A stretch of DNA of 64,000 nucleotides from Heterodontus francisci (taxonomy: Eukaryota): contig NC_090382.1 of NCBI RefSeq assembly GCF_036365525.1, positions 111,820,372-111,884,371 on the forward strand, written 5' to 3'. Under the pieces are notes generated by a model. It was not told the DNA's origin. It did not search any database and worked only from the letters and a program-made list of their open reading frames with translations. Made by a program: the position numbers and the translations under genes. Shown here piece after piece: positions 25,391 through 37,470 of this stretch. How positions within the stretch are numbered: position 1 is the first letter of the stretch; the number at the start of each line of letters is the position of its first letter.

Positions 25391-28300
25391 AAAAAGCGCC
25401 CGCGGGAGATGGCTCGGAGAGCATCTGCAGCGCACTGTCGGCAATGCTGCATGCCTTTATTTAAACCACTGCAAAAAAAAAACCCTTAACAAATGTAATC
25501 ACCTCTAAGTCTGCCAAATGATGCTTCACCTCCCGAAGGACGTGGATGAGCTTTCCGGACGTCGATGGTGGGCACTGAGGAAATGGCTTATTACCTGCAC
25601 CAGATTCCACCCCCCCTCCCCCCCCTTTACCCCCCTTCCACCCCCCCCCACCCCCGTCCCCTTCCCTGCTCCACCCTCTCAGCTCACCCCCTCACAACCC
25701 CGTCCCAGCCCGCCCCCCCCTCGCACCATCTTCACCCCGCACCCCCTTCCCCTGCACCCCCCCACCCCCTCCCTCTACCCCTCCCCCTTGCATCCCCTCC
25801 TCCCACCGGCACCATCCTACACCTGTGTAGGGGCCCCAACAACCCCACTGCCTTGTGGGCGTCTCGGGAGAGACCAAGGCTAAGGGAGTAAACCCTAACA
25901 GAAAATCCGGAGCGGAACCCCGTAGGCGGTCATGTGTCACCTTTGGCATGTTTCCGGCAGTTCCTGCAGCCATACTGGTGCCAAACGTCGTGTCCTGCAC
26001 TCCTTTGGACCCCACCAGAAAGGCCGAGAGGGGGGTTTTGACGACTGGGCAACTCTCAACCTCCATAAATTTGCCCAGGCATGCGCCATGGAGAGGTCAC
26101 TCCATAGTTGCCTCACAGCAACCGAAACAACACGGAAGGCAGCAGTTACGGGTTATAAGTCCAGATAAATTGGCGTAGAAACTGGGCGCCACGGGTTGCC
26201 TTTGTCGGTGGGAGAGGTCATTGCACCTCACTGGACAGCTACCGCCCGCCTCAAACCGGGCAGCCCCCGGTCAATAAGGTTCTGTCCCGCCACAGTCTGC
26301 CTGCTTCAATGGGTGCTTGGAGCTCAGGGTCATTGCCCGAAAGGTGGACTGATACACCGCACCAAACAACATGAAAAAAGGAAAGAAGGTACCAGCCCTT
26401 CGCTTTGCAAGCTGGAACGTCAGAACTATGTGTCCTGGCCTGTCGGAAGACCTTACACAAATCAACGATTCTCGGAAGACCGCCATCATTAACAACGAGC
26501 TCAGTAGATTCAATGTGGACATTGCAGCACTTCAGGAGACTCGCCTCCCCGCGAGTGGCTCTCTAGCAGAGCAAGACTACACCTTCTTCTGGCAGGGCAG
26601 GGATCCTGAAGAACCAAGACAGCATGGAGTGGGCTTCGCCATCAGAAACTCCTTGCTCAGCATGATAGAGCCTCCCTCAAATGGCTCGGAACGCATACTG
26701 TCCATCCGACTGCTCACCACCTCTGGTCCAGTACACCTACTCAGCATCTATGCTCCAACACTCTGCTCCGCACCTGAAGCTAAAGACCAGTTCTATGAAC
26801 AACTCCATAACATCATTAGCAGCATCCCCAACACCGAACACCTATTCCTGCTGGGGTACTTTAATGCCAGGGTTGGGGCCGACCATGACTCATGGCCCTC
26901 CTGCCTTGGGCGCTATGGCGTTGGAAGGATGAATGAGAACGGGCAGAGACTGCTTGAGTTGTGTACCTATCATAACCTCTGCATCACCAACTCGTTCTTT
27001 CACACTAAACCCTGTCACCAGGTTTCATGGAGGCACCCAAGATCACGTCGTTGGCACCAGCTAGACCTCATTGTCACAAGGCGAGCCGCCTTAAACAGTG
27101 TTCAAATCACACGCAGCTTCCACAGTGCGGACTGCGACACCGACCACTCCCTGGTGTGCAGCAAGGTTAGACTCAGACCAAAGAAGTTGCATCATTCCAA
27201 GCAGAAGGGCCACCCGCGCATCAACACGAGCAGAATTTCTCACCCACAGCTGTTACAAAAATTTCTAAATTCACTTGTAACAGCCCTTCAAAACACTCCC
27301 ACAGGGGATGCTGAGACCAAGTGGGCCCACATCAGAGACGCCATCTATGAGTCAGCTTTGACCACCTACGGCAAAAGTGCGAAGAGAAATGCAGACTGGT
27401 TTCAATCTCATAATGAAGAGCTGGAACCTGTCATAGCCGCTAAGCGCATTGCACTTTTGAACTACAAGAAAGCCCCCAGCGATTTAACATCCGCAGCACT
27501 GAAAGCAGCCAGAAGTACTGCACAAAGAACAGCTAGGCGTTGCGCAAACGACTACTGGCAACACCTATGCAGTCATATTCAGCTGGCCTCAGACACCGGA
27601 AACATCAGAGGAATGTATGATGGCATGAAGAGAGCTCTTGGGCCAACCATCAAGAAGATCACCCCCCTCAAATCTAAATCGGGGGACATAATCACTGACC
27701 AACGCAAACAGATGGACCGCTGGGTTGAGCACTACCTAGAACTGTACTCCAGGGAGAATGCTGTCACTGAGACTGCCCTCAATGCAGCCCAGCCTCTACC
27801 AGTCATGGATGAGCTGGACATACAGCCAACCAAATCGGAACTCAGTGATGCCATTGATTCCCTAGCCAGCGGAAAAGCCCCTGGGAAGGACAGCATTACC
27901 CCTGAAATAATCAAGAGTGCCAAGCCTGCTATACTCTCAGCACTACATGAACTGCTATGCCTGTGCTGGGACGAGGGAGCAGTACCCCAGGACATGCGCG
28001 ATGCCAACATCATCACCCTCTATAAAAACAAAGGTGACCGCGGTGACTGCAACAACTACCGTGGAATCTCCCTGCTCAGCATAGTGGGGAAAGTCTTTGC
28101 TCGAGTCGCTCTGAACAGGCTCCAGAAGCTGGCCGAGCGCGTCTACCCTGAGGCACAGTGTGGCTTTCGTGCAGAGAGATCGACTATTGACATGCTGTTC
28201 TCCCTTCGTCAGATACAGGAGAAATGCCGTGAACAACAGATGCCCCTCTACATTGCTTTCATTGATCTCACCAAAGCCTTTGACCTCGTCAGCAGACGTG

Positions 28301-29615
28301 GTCTCTTCAGACTACTAGAAAAGATCGGATGTCCACCAAAGCCACTAAGTATCATCACCTCATTCCATGACAATATGAAAGGCACAATTCAACATGGTGG
28401 CTCCTCATCAGAGCCCTTTCCTATCCTGAGTGGTGTGAAACAGGGCTGTGTTCTCGCACCCACACTTTTTGGGATTTTCTTCTCCCTGCTGCTTTCACAT
28501 GCGTTCAAATCCTCTGAAGAAGGAATTTTCCTCCACACAAGATCAGGGGGCAGGTTGTTCAACCTTGCCCGTCTAAGAGCGAAGTCCAAAGTACGGAAAG
28601 TCCTCATCAGAGAACTCCTCTTTGCTGACAATGCTGCTTTAACATCCCACACTGAAGAATGCCTGCAGAGTCTCATCGACAGGTTTGCGTCTGCCTGCAA
28701 TGAATTTGGCCTAACCATCAGCCTCAAGAAAACGAACATCATGGGGCAGGATGTCAGAAATGCTCCATCCATCAATATTGGCGACCACGCTCTGGAAGTG
28801 GTTCAAGAGTTCACCTACCTAGGCTCAACTATCACCAGTAACCTGTCTCTAGATGCAGAAATCAACAAGCGCATGGGTAAGGCTTCCACTGCTATGTCCA
28901 GACTGGCCAAGAGAGTGTGGGAAAATGGCGCACTGACACGGAACACAAAAGTCCGAGTGTATCAGGCCTGTGTCCTCAGTACCTTGCTCTACGGCAGCGA
29001 GGCCTGGACAACGTATGCCAGCCAAGAGCGACGTCTCAATTCATTCCATCTTCGCTGCCTTCGGAGAATACTTGGCATCAGGTGGCAGGACTATATCTCC
29101 AACACAGAAGTCCTTGAAGCGGCCAACACCCCCAGCTTATACACACTACTGAGTCAGCGGCGCTTGAGATGGCTTGGCCATGTGAGCCGCATGGAAGATG
29201 GCAGGATCCCCAAAGACACATTGTACAGCGAGCTCGCCACTGGTATCAGACCCACCGGCCGTCCATGTCTCCATTATAAAGACGTCTGCAAACGTGACAT
29301 GAAATCGTGTGACATTGATCACAAGTCGTGGGAGTCAGTTGCCAGCATTCGCCAGAGCTGGCGGGCAGCCATAAAGACAGGGCTAAGTTGTGGCGAGTCG
29401 AAGAGACTTAGTAGTTGGCAGGAAAAAAGACAGAGGCGCAAGGGGAGAGCCAACTGTGCAACAGCCCCAACAAACAAATTTCTCTGCAGCACCTGTGGAA
29501 GACCCTGTCACTCCAGAATTGGCCTTTATAGCCACTCCAGGCGCTGCTTCACAAACCACTGACCACCTCCAGGCGCGTATCCATTGTCTCTCGAGATAAG
29601 GAGGCCCAAAAGAAG
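25391..29615 (+). mobile_element. Full-length-looking RTE-clade LINE inserted ~130 bp upstream of promoter 2 CSE block
   Basis: The empty site gcacgt(t/c)aattgaataatagagc is seen in units A (~7701) and C (~44347). The insert has a ~1-kb 5' region, a single ORF, a very short 3' UTR ending in aagaag, and at most a 2-bp (aa) duplication. Confidence 0.93.
26371..29562 (+). CDS. RTE ORF (APE endonuclease + reverse transcriptase + C-terminal Cys/His knuckle), 1063 aa, probably catalytically dead
   Basis: Motifs ASWNVRTM, ALQETR, IYAPT, DTDH, FIDLTKAFD, GVKQGCVLAP, FTYLGS and CSTCGRPCHSRIGLYSH. The catalytic motifs read GYFN (for GDFN) and FADN (for FADD). Confidence 0.9.
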   Translation: MKKGKKVPALRFASWNVRTMCPGLSEDLTQINDSRKTAIINNELSRFNVDIAALQETRLPASGSLAEQDYTFFWQGRDPEEPRQHGVGFAIRNSLLSMIEPPSNGSERILSIRLLTTSGPVHLLSIYAPTLCSAPEAKDQFYEQLHNIISSIPNTEHLFLLGYFNARVGADHDSWPSCLGRYGVGRMNENGQRLLELCTYHNLCITNSFFHTKPCHQVSWRHPRSRRWHQLDLIVTRRAALNSVQITRSFHSADCDTDHSLVCSKVRLRPKKLHHSKQKGHPRINTSRISHPQLLQKFLNSLVTALQNTPTGDAETKWAHIRDAIYESALTTYGKSAKRNADWFQSHNEELEPVIAAKRIALLNYKKAPSDLTSAALKAARSTAQRTARRCANDYWQHLCSHIQLASDTGNIRGMYDGMKRALGPTIKKITPLKSKSGDIITDQRKQMDRWVEHYLELYSRENAVTETALNAAQPLPVMDELDIQPTKSELSDAIDSLASGKAPGKDSITPEIIKSAKPAILSALHELLCLCWDEGAVPQDMRDANIITLYKNKGDRGDCNNYRGISLLSIVGKVFARVALNRLQKLAERVYPEAQCGFRAERSTIDMLFSLRQIQEKCREQQMPLYIAFIDLTKAFDLVSRRGLFRLLEKIGCPPKPLSIITSFHDNMKGTIQHGGSSSEPFPILSGVKQGCVLAPTLFGIFFSLLLSHAFKSSEEGIFLHTRSGGRLFNLARLRAKSKVRKVLIRELLFADNAALTSHTEECLQSLIDRFASACNEFGLTISLKKTNIMGQDVRNAPSINIGDHALEVVQEFTYLGSTITSNLSLDAEINKRMGKASTAMSRLAKRVWENGALTRNTKVRVYQACVLSTLLYGSEAWTTYASQERRLNSFHLRCLRRILGIRWQDYISNTEVLEAANTPSLYTLLSQRRLRWLGHVSRMEDGRIPKDTLYSELATGIRPTGRPCLHYKDVCKRDMKSCDIDHKSWESVASIRQSWRAAIKTGLSCGESKRLSSWQEKRQRRKGRANCATAPTNKFLCSTCGRPCHSRIGLYSHSRRCFTNH

Positions 29616-29747
29616 AATTGAATAATAGAGCAAAGCAGGTAAGAAATATAAACCAGCAAAGTCAATTAAAGTTGCACAACATTAAATGCACAAAGCAATT
29701 CTTCCGGTGTTCAGTGGAGGCACTATTGCTTTAAGATAATGTGCTGT

Positions 29748-29795
29748 TATTATTGGCCGAGTCTCTTTGTGTCGCTGTCTACCAATGAGGTGAAG
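29748..29795 (+). promoter_or_regulatory. Pcdh CSE/CGCT box, promoter 2
   Basis: Same 48-mer as 7840-7887. CGCT at 29773, 325 bp before the ATG. Confidence 0.85.
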
Positions 29796-30097
29796 AAATG
29801 TGTCTGGAGATCCAGCACCACTCCTCCTTCATCAAGCACTACGCGCTGTAGAATGAACGAACAGCATTCACCGTTCCACGCTCTTAATTCACATCGAAGA
29901 AAGGGACGGAAAAATCTGAGGGCATTTGTAAAATCATCTGGGCGATCGTAACTAAAACGTCTACGCGCTATACATAAAAAGCAACATTTCCTTTGGATAA
30001 GCAAGGTAATGAACAAATGCATTATCGGTCTAACAACAAGGCACGTATAAATTCATCTGAGAATCTGGCAATTATATTCGCAGTACTTTGATCCAGA

Positions 30098-32557
30098 ATG
30101 GCCTACTGGATGAATAGCCATTTGTCCCTATGGCCTGTTTTTTATCTGATACTCATGTATGTTTCGGATTCAGCCTGTGTAAAAATTCGCTACTCAATTC
30201 CGGAAGAATTAGATCTTGGCGCCTTTGTTGGAAATATCGCTGCGGACCTGGGATTAGATGTAAAGCAGTTATTGGAGCGCCGATTTCGGATTGCATCTGA
30301 AGACAAAAAACAATATCTAGACGTGAATTTAAAAACTGGAGCTCTCGTTATAAAAGAAAAATTAGACAGAGAGCAGCTTTGCGAACACCGCCTGTCGTGC
30401 ATATTGATATTAGAGGCTGTGATTGAGAACCCGCTAAAGTTATATCGTGTGGAAATTGAGATTCTCGACGTAAATGACAACGCGCCCGTGTTCCAGAGAA
30501 GTGAGGTAAACATTGAAATCTCAGAATTCATGCCAGCAGGAACGAGCTTCCTGCTCCAGAGCGCGATTGACCCGGATGCTGGAACCGACGGTGTTCGCTC
30601 TTACCAACTGAGCCCAAACGGGTATTTCACTTTGAAATCACAGTCAGACAGCGAACAAAATGGCATCCCAGAACTCGTGCTGGAACGACTCCTCGACCGA
30701 GAGCAACAACCAACTCATCGGTTAACACTAACGGCGTTTGACGGAGGAACTCCACAGAAATTCGGGTCAACCCAGATTAATATTAATGTACTTGATGCGA
30801 ACGATAACGCCCCAGTTTGCGAACAAAATGTCTATCAAATCACCACGGCCGAAAACGTGCGCAAAAATACTTTGATTGTGAAAGTAACTGCGGTTGATCT
30901 AGACGCAGGCCTAAACGGTGAGATAATCTATTCTTTTACCGATCACACTCCTGATAGAGTTCGGGATCTATTCAGCCTCGATTCAGCCAACGGAGAAATC
31001 AGAGTAATTGGTACCGTAGACTTTGAAGAAACAGTGAATTATCAGATTATGGTACAAGCCAAGGACAGAGGCTCGCTTCCACTGCTAGGATACTGTAAAG
31101 TTTTGATAAAGGTCACTGATGTTAATGATAATTCTCCTGAAATAATAACGACTTCTGCGTCGAATTTCATTCAAGAGAATGCTGCTCTAAACACTGCAGT
31201 AGCTGTTTTAAGAGTTGCAGACCGAGATTCTGAAAATACAGCGGCTGTTTATTGCCGAATCAACGGGGGTATTCCTTTTAAGCTTAATAGCTCCTTTAAT
31301 AACTACTATACGTTAGTCACTCATGGTGATATAGATCGTGAAAAAGTGCCAGAATACAACGTTACCATTACATGTACGGATAGTGGCTCTCCTCCCCTCT
31401 CGACCAACAAAACCATCCGAGTTCAAGTCACAGATACAAACGACAACGCGCCACGCTTTACGCAGCCTTCGTTCACCATGTATGTGACAGAAAATAATAT
31501 CATTGGTGCTTCAATTGGTTCTGTGTCAGCTTTTGATCCAGATTCTAATCAAAATTCTCAAATACGTTTTGATATTTTGAGTCGCCTGATACACGGGTTG
31601 CCCGCGTCCACATTCGTCTCAATAAACTCAGCCAATGGTGTGATGTTTGCTCACCAGTCTTTTGATTTTGAGCAACTTAAAAATTTTCAAATCTGTGTGC
31701 AAGTGAAGGATGCTGGATCCCCTCCGCTCAGCAGTAACGTAACGGTAAATGTCATCATCACAGATCAGAATGACAATGCCCCTGTGATCCTGTCACCTTT
31801 GCCAAGTGAAGGGTCTGCAGCAGAGGACACGATGCCTAAAACTGCCGATTCGGGTTACTTGGTTGCAAAAGTGACAGCCACTGATGCCGATTCTGGGCAG
31901 AACGCTCAAATTGTCTATCAGCTTCTTCAGCCCACTGATGAAAGTCTGTTTACGGTGGCTGCAGAAACAGGAGAAATCTGGAGTATTCGCCGCTTTGGGC
32001 ATAAAGATTCCCTCAGACAGAAAATCGTCATTTTGGTGAGGGACAATGGAATTCCGTCCCTTTCATCTACTGTCACCATCAATGTATCAGTGCAGGATGA
32101 TACTACAGAAAACCCATCTAATATTGGCATGTTAGGGACCTCTGGGCCATGGACATCTGATTTTAAATTTTATTTAATGATTTCTTTTGGCACAATTTCG
32201 CTGCTATTGCTTGCGGCGATTGTAATCCTCGGTATTAAGGTGCAAAGAGGTCGAACGGAAACTAGTAGTGACTGTTGCTGTTGGCACACGTCATACATTT
32301 CCAGCAGGGATTCGCTACGTGGAATTCAAAAGGCAAGTGTGAAAATTCAAATGCCACCCAATTACACTGAAAGTGGGACGTTCCCGCAACCATTTCGCTA
32401 TGATGTGCGTCAAGATTCAGACATGGACGATTTCATGTTTCTAAAGTTAGATGGTGTGACAGCGCCCATAATTGATATCAAAACTGGCATATGTACTGCT
32501 GCAGAACATGGAAAGGTATCACAGTCTACAAGCAAGGAAACCACTGAATTTCGCAAG
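30098..32557 (+). CDS. Clustered protocadherin variable exon 2 (near-identical paralog of exon 1)
   Basis: Same architecture and length as exon 1. Donor AAG|GTGAGT at 32557/32558. The unspliced ORF stops at 32584. Confidence 0.95.
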
Positions 32558-32604
32558 GTGAGTGGTCCGTTGTTAACACTTTAAACTTCACTTAGCATTT
32601 TTAG

Positions 32605-32975
32605 AAGGTATTATTTTACTCTGGACTAGTCATCCGGGGGCCTGGACTAATAATCGAGAGAACGTGTGTCGCGGCCCGTAATAGCAGTTGAAGAAGTTGT
32701 TTTGACTTAAAATAAATCCGGAAATTAAAACAAAAATCTACTTTCGATAAACGTTACCACAAAGTTGTCGGAATCTGGGTAAAAAATGTCAGTTGGTTGT
32801 CAACCTCACTACGAACATACGAATTAGGAGCAGAAGTAGGCCACTAATATTATTCCGAGGAGAAAATTTGCTATTCTTACCGGGTATGGCTTGCATGAGG
32901 CTCGAGTCATACAACAAGGTTGTTGACTCTGGACTGTTTCGCTGTCATGGCTCAGCAGCCACTCACTCAGGGGAT
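32605..32975 (+). mobile_element. Old tRNA-headed SINE 3' of the exon 2 donor
   Basis: Duplicate of 10697-11075. Confidence 0.6.
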
Positions 32976-34075
32976 AAGAAGAAAGAAATGGAAGAAGGCG
33001 ATTTTGCTGCTCGTGCCTACTCCACCATCCCAGTAAATTATATTGATCTGTTTTTCAACCACATTATGCCACCTTTGACCCATAACCAGAACAAACAATA
33101 ATCGAGCGACTGCATTATTGAATGTTTCAAGACTTTATATATACTCTGATGAACTTGTTAATCCAAATAAATAGCTCAGACGGAAGATAAAGCTAAATCC
33201 GATAATTATGTAGTTTCAACTTGAAGTATAATTTCAATAAAAATAGATAATACCGATTCTTGAGGGTTGATGGAACATTTTATTTTCAGAAAGTAAGTGA
33301 GGTCCTGCATTACCCTTTTAAGTCAGGAAAAGATTTTTTTTTAGCGCGGATGAGAGGATGGTTGAAATAAATATCGTGAACGGACAAAAAATGTAGATTA
33401 GTACACTAAACAAACAAAAAGCGCAAAGGTGCCTCTGAAATATATGGGACGGGTATAAAATAATAGTAAAAATGGAAGGAGTTACTGTATCTACATGGAT
33501 GTGTAAATCATGACAATGTAATTTGGGTTTTCGTGACATGAATTGGAATGCAGTTGAATGATTTTAACAGACGGTGCACCCTAGCTTTTGTCTCTCCCAC
33601 AACAGACAGCCTTGAAAGAAACTTGGCTGATTCTGGATCGTCCGGGGAAATTAAATATTCACAAATTTTAAATTGGTAAGCGTCATAGGGAAGCAAAATG
33701 GAAAAAAGAGGTGACCTTTTAACTGAATACAAACTAGCAGCAGGAGTAGGCTATTTGACCCCTCGAGTCTTCTCCACCATTCTGTATGATCATGGCTGAT
33801 CTGTTTGTGGACTCAGTTCCACTTTCCTGCCGACCCCCGATACCCTTTGCCACCCTTGATTGTCAAGAATCTGTCCACCTCTGCCTTAAAAACATTCAAT
33901 GACCCTGCCTCGGCCACTCTCCAGGAAAGATAGTTCCACAGACTCACGAACTTCTGATAGAAAAAAATTCTCCTCATCTCTGTCTAAGGGAGACCCCTTA
34001 TTTTAAACTGTGCCCCCTAGTTTTATCTCTCCACAAGAGATAGCCTTGATCGTCACATGGCTGCTTCTGGATAGT

Positions 34076-35538
34076 ATCAGGTCCCGGCGACTGGAGAATT
34101 GCTAATGTTGTCCCCTTGTTTAGGAAGGGGAGCAGGGATAATCCAGGTAATTATAGACCAGTGAGCCTGACGTCAGTGGTAGGGAAGCTGCTGGAGAAGA
34201 TACTGAGGGATAGGATCTATTCCCATTTGGAAGACAATAGGCTTATCAGTGATAGGCAACATGGTTTTGTGCAGGGAAGGTCATGTCTTACCAACTTAAT
34301 AGAATTCTTTGAGGAAGTGTCAAAGTTGATTGATGAGGGAAGGGCTGTAGATGTCATATACATGGACTTCAGTAAGGCATTCGATAACGTTCCCCATGGT
34401 AGGCTGATGGAGAAAGTGAAGGCGCATGGGGTCCAAGGTGTACTAGCTAGATGGATAAAGAACTGGCTGGGCAACAGGAGACAGAGAGTAGCAGTGGAAG
34501 GGAGTTTCTCAAAATGGAGACGTGTAACCAGTGGTGTTCCACAGGGATCCGTGCTGGGACCACTGTTGTTTGTGATATACATAAATGATTTGGAGGAAAG
34601 TATAGGTGGTCTGATTAGCAAGTTTGCAGACGACACTAAGATTGGTGGAGTAGCAGATAGTGAAGGGGACTGTCAGAGAATACAGCAGAATATAGATAGA
34701 TTGGAGAGTTGGGCAGAGAAATGGCAGATGGAGTTCAATCAGGGCAAATGCGAGGTGATGCGTTTTGGAAGATCCAATTCAAGAGTGAACTATACAGTAA
34801 ATGGAAAAGTCCTGGGGAAAGTTGATGGACAGTGAGATTTGGGTGTTCAGGTCCATTGTTCCCTGAAGGTGGCAACGCAGGTCAATAGAGTGGTCAAGAA
34901 GGCATACGGCATGCTTTCCTTCATCGGACGGGGTATTGAGTACAAGAGTTGGCAGGTCATGTTACAGTTGTATAGGACTTTGGTTCGGCCACATTTGGAA
35001 TACTGCGTGCAGTTCTGGTCGCCACATTACCAAAAGGATGTGGATGCTTTGGAGAGGGTGCAGAGGAGGTTCACCAGGATGTTGCCTGGTATGGAGGGCG
35101 CTAGCTATGAAGAGAGGTTGAGTAGATTAGGATTATTTTCATTAGAAAGACGGAGGTTGAGGGGGGACATGATTGAGTTGTACAAAATCATGAGAGGTAT
35201 AGACAGGGTGGATAGCAAGAAGCTTTTTCCCAGAGTGGGGGATTCAATTACCAGGGGACACGAGTTCAAAGTGAAAGGGGAAACGTTTAGGGGGGATATG
35301 CGTGGAAAGTTCTTTACGCAGAGGGTGGTGGGTGCCTGGATTGCGTTGCCAGCGGAGGTAGTAGACGCGGGCACGATAGCGTCTTTTAAGATGTATCTAG
35401 ACAGATACATGAATGGGCAGGAAGTAAAGAGATACAGACCCTTAGAAAATAGGCGACAGGTTTAGATAGAGGATCTGGATCGGCGTAGGCTTGGAGGGCC
35501 GAAGGGCCTGTTCCTGTGCTGTAATTTTCTTTGTTCTT
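34076..35538 (+). mobile_element. 5'-truncated CR1 LINE, specific to the intron after exon 2
   Basis: ORFs 34116-34835 and 34839-35465 are in frame and separated by one stop. They carry NYRPVSLTS, YMDFSKAFD and KFADD. Tail gggccgaagggcctgttcctgtgctgta. Empty site at ~12170. Confidence 0.9.
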
Positions 35539-35839
35539 ACATGGAAATCAAATATTCACAGATATAAAATTGGGAAGGTTCATATGGAAGCAAAATGGAA
35601 ATAGAGGTGACCTTATTAACCGAATGCATTATTCCAGAAGAAGCAAGAATAATTTCTCTGAAGGAAGCTTTTGTTTACAAGGGTCCTCTGGGCCGAGTTC
35701 AGCATCAGCAAATTGAAAGAAATTGAATTACACAAAGCGTGCGATGTCATGGGGATATAACCGATCTGGATAAGTCAATACATTGGCTGATTTCATCATA
35801 GAACACAAAGGTTTGGTAATGAATGGCCTCCTCTCCTTA

Positions 35840-37470
35840 GGAATTGTCATAGAATGGCTTGATTGATGCATCAGAGGTATTTTCCATTTTGTTAACTACT
35901 TTTCAGGCTGAAACAATGGGTCTACCAGGGCAGACTTTTTGTGGATTTTGGGAAGGAGGAAAAAGTGGGCTCTACAGTTTTGGGGAACTATCAGGTTAGA
36001 GATTGAAGAGCAATGATCTTCAGAGGAAATTAGGTCAATGACAGTCCAGGAAACAATGGTTTTATATTCAGAAATGGCACCATGGTTCAGGGGAAGGGAA
36101 GAAGGAAGTGTTAGAGAGTTTGCATTTGGCCTCTCCCAGGTGGAGCTTGGTATGGCAGACAACAGAGATACCACCCTTGTCAGCGCATTTGATGACGGTG
36201 TTAGCATTGGAACTGAGGGAAAGTAGTGCTGCAAATTCAGAAGCAGATAGGCTAGAGCGAGCGAAGGGAGCAGAGAAATTGAGATAGTTGATACCATGCT
36301 GTAAGTTCTCAATAAAATATCAAGGGAGAGTAAGAGGAGAGACGGAGGGTTCAGGTAAAGGGGGAATATTGGAGATGAGTTAATAGATCCACTGAGTAGG
36401 CGGTAGACTCATGGCCAATTAAGTCAAAGAAGTGGGCATGGAGGCAGCAGCAATGAAAAAAGAGCTCATGCCGAGCTTGAAATTCACTGAGGTGGGGGCG
36501 TAAGGGGGTGAAGCTGAATCCTTTGCCGAGGACAGATCGTTCAGAGTCGGCGAGGGAAATTAAAGAGAATATAGTGAATAAACAGCAAGGGGTGAAATTC
36601 GAAGAAGAGATGGGGTCAGAGGGAGGGGAAGGGGAAGAAAGATTCAGAGGAGTGTTGGTGCCCATGTGTTGCTAAAGCTTGTGATCCTTCACACCTAAAA
36701 GGAGGATAACAAATTTTTAGTTAAAGCGCCAGATGAAGTGAGGGATGAAATTAAACTGTGGGACTGGACAGTTTTGGGATAGAATGAGTCAGTGCTGCTT
36801 AAGAGAGAGGTCGAGAGCGGACATATGGCAGTGCATGGCGTTGAGAGCGCATCTTGGGATGCAACAAGAACAGCAGTTTGAGGAATTCTGAATGTCTGGA
36901 ATATATCTGTAAACGTGGCTGGATTCAAAACACAAGAGTCTTGGAATCCAGGTGGAATAAGCTGGAGCTGGAGACAGTTGCCGAGGAAGGAGATGTGGCT
37001 GTTATAGCGATTTCTGCTAGATACCTGATAAAAGACAGGAAGGGAAATGTGGCTGTGAAAACAATTTTTGGTAGATAACTGATTTTAAAAAAATAAGGGA
37101 GATATAAAGCAATGAAGGCAAAAAGGGTAGCAGAAAAACTACAATCCCATAAGAGAAAAGAGCAGAATTTCTTGAAGATAGGCACACTCCTGGAAGAGAA
37201 GTATCAGTGAATTAAGCAATAATACAAAAGCGAAATACTGTGCATGCTGGAAATCTGAAATAAAAACATAAAATGCTGGAAAGACTCAGCAGGTCAGGCA
37301 GCATCTGTGGAGAGAAAAACAGAGTAAATGTTTCAGGTTCGTGACCTTCCATCAAAACTGAGAAAAGTTAGATATCTAATATGTTTTGAGCAAGTAAAAG
37401 GGGACAGCGGGGAAGATGAACAAAAGTAAAAATCTGTAATAGGGTGGAGGGCAGGAGAGATTAAGTGACA
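35840..37470 (-). mobile_element. Decayed Penelope-like element (duplicate of 12480-14087)
   Basis: Remnants LADSERSVLGKGFSFTPLRP and RAHFFLLPKIHK. pLTR at ~37215-37470. Confidence 0.75.

Larger units (their letters stand above)
13736..37119. repeat. Tandem segmental duplication unit B, expanded by ~10.6 kb of copy-specific insertions
   Basis: Collinear with unit A once 15407-17229, 17435-20504, 25391-29615 and ~34076-35538 are removed. It lacks the equivalent of A ~354-1248. Confidence 0.92.

Noticed and set aside
25518-26066. Pro-rich and Gly-rich ORFs (possible RTE ORF1)
   Set aside because: These are artefacts of the C-rich low-complexity tract.
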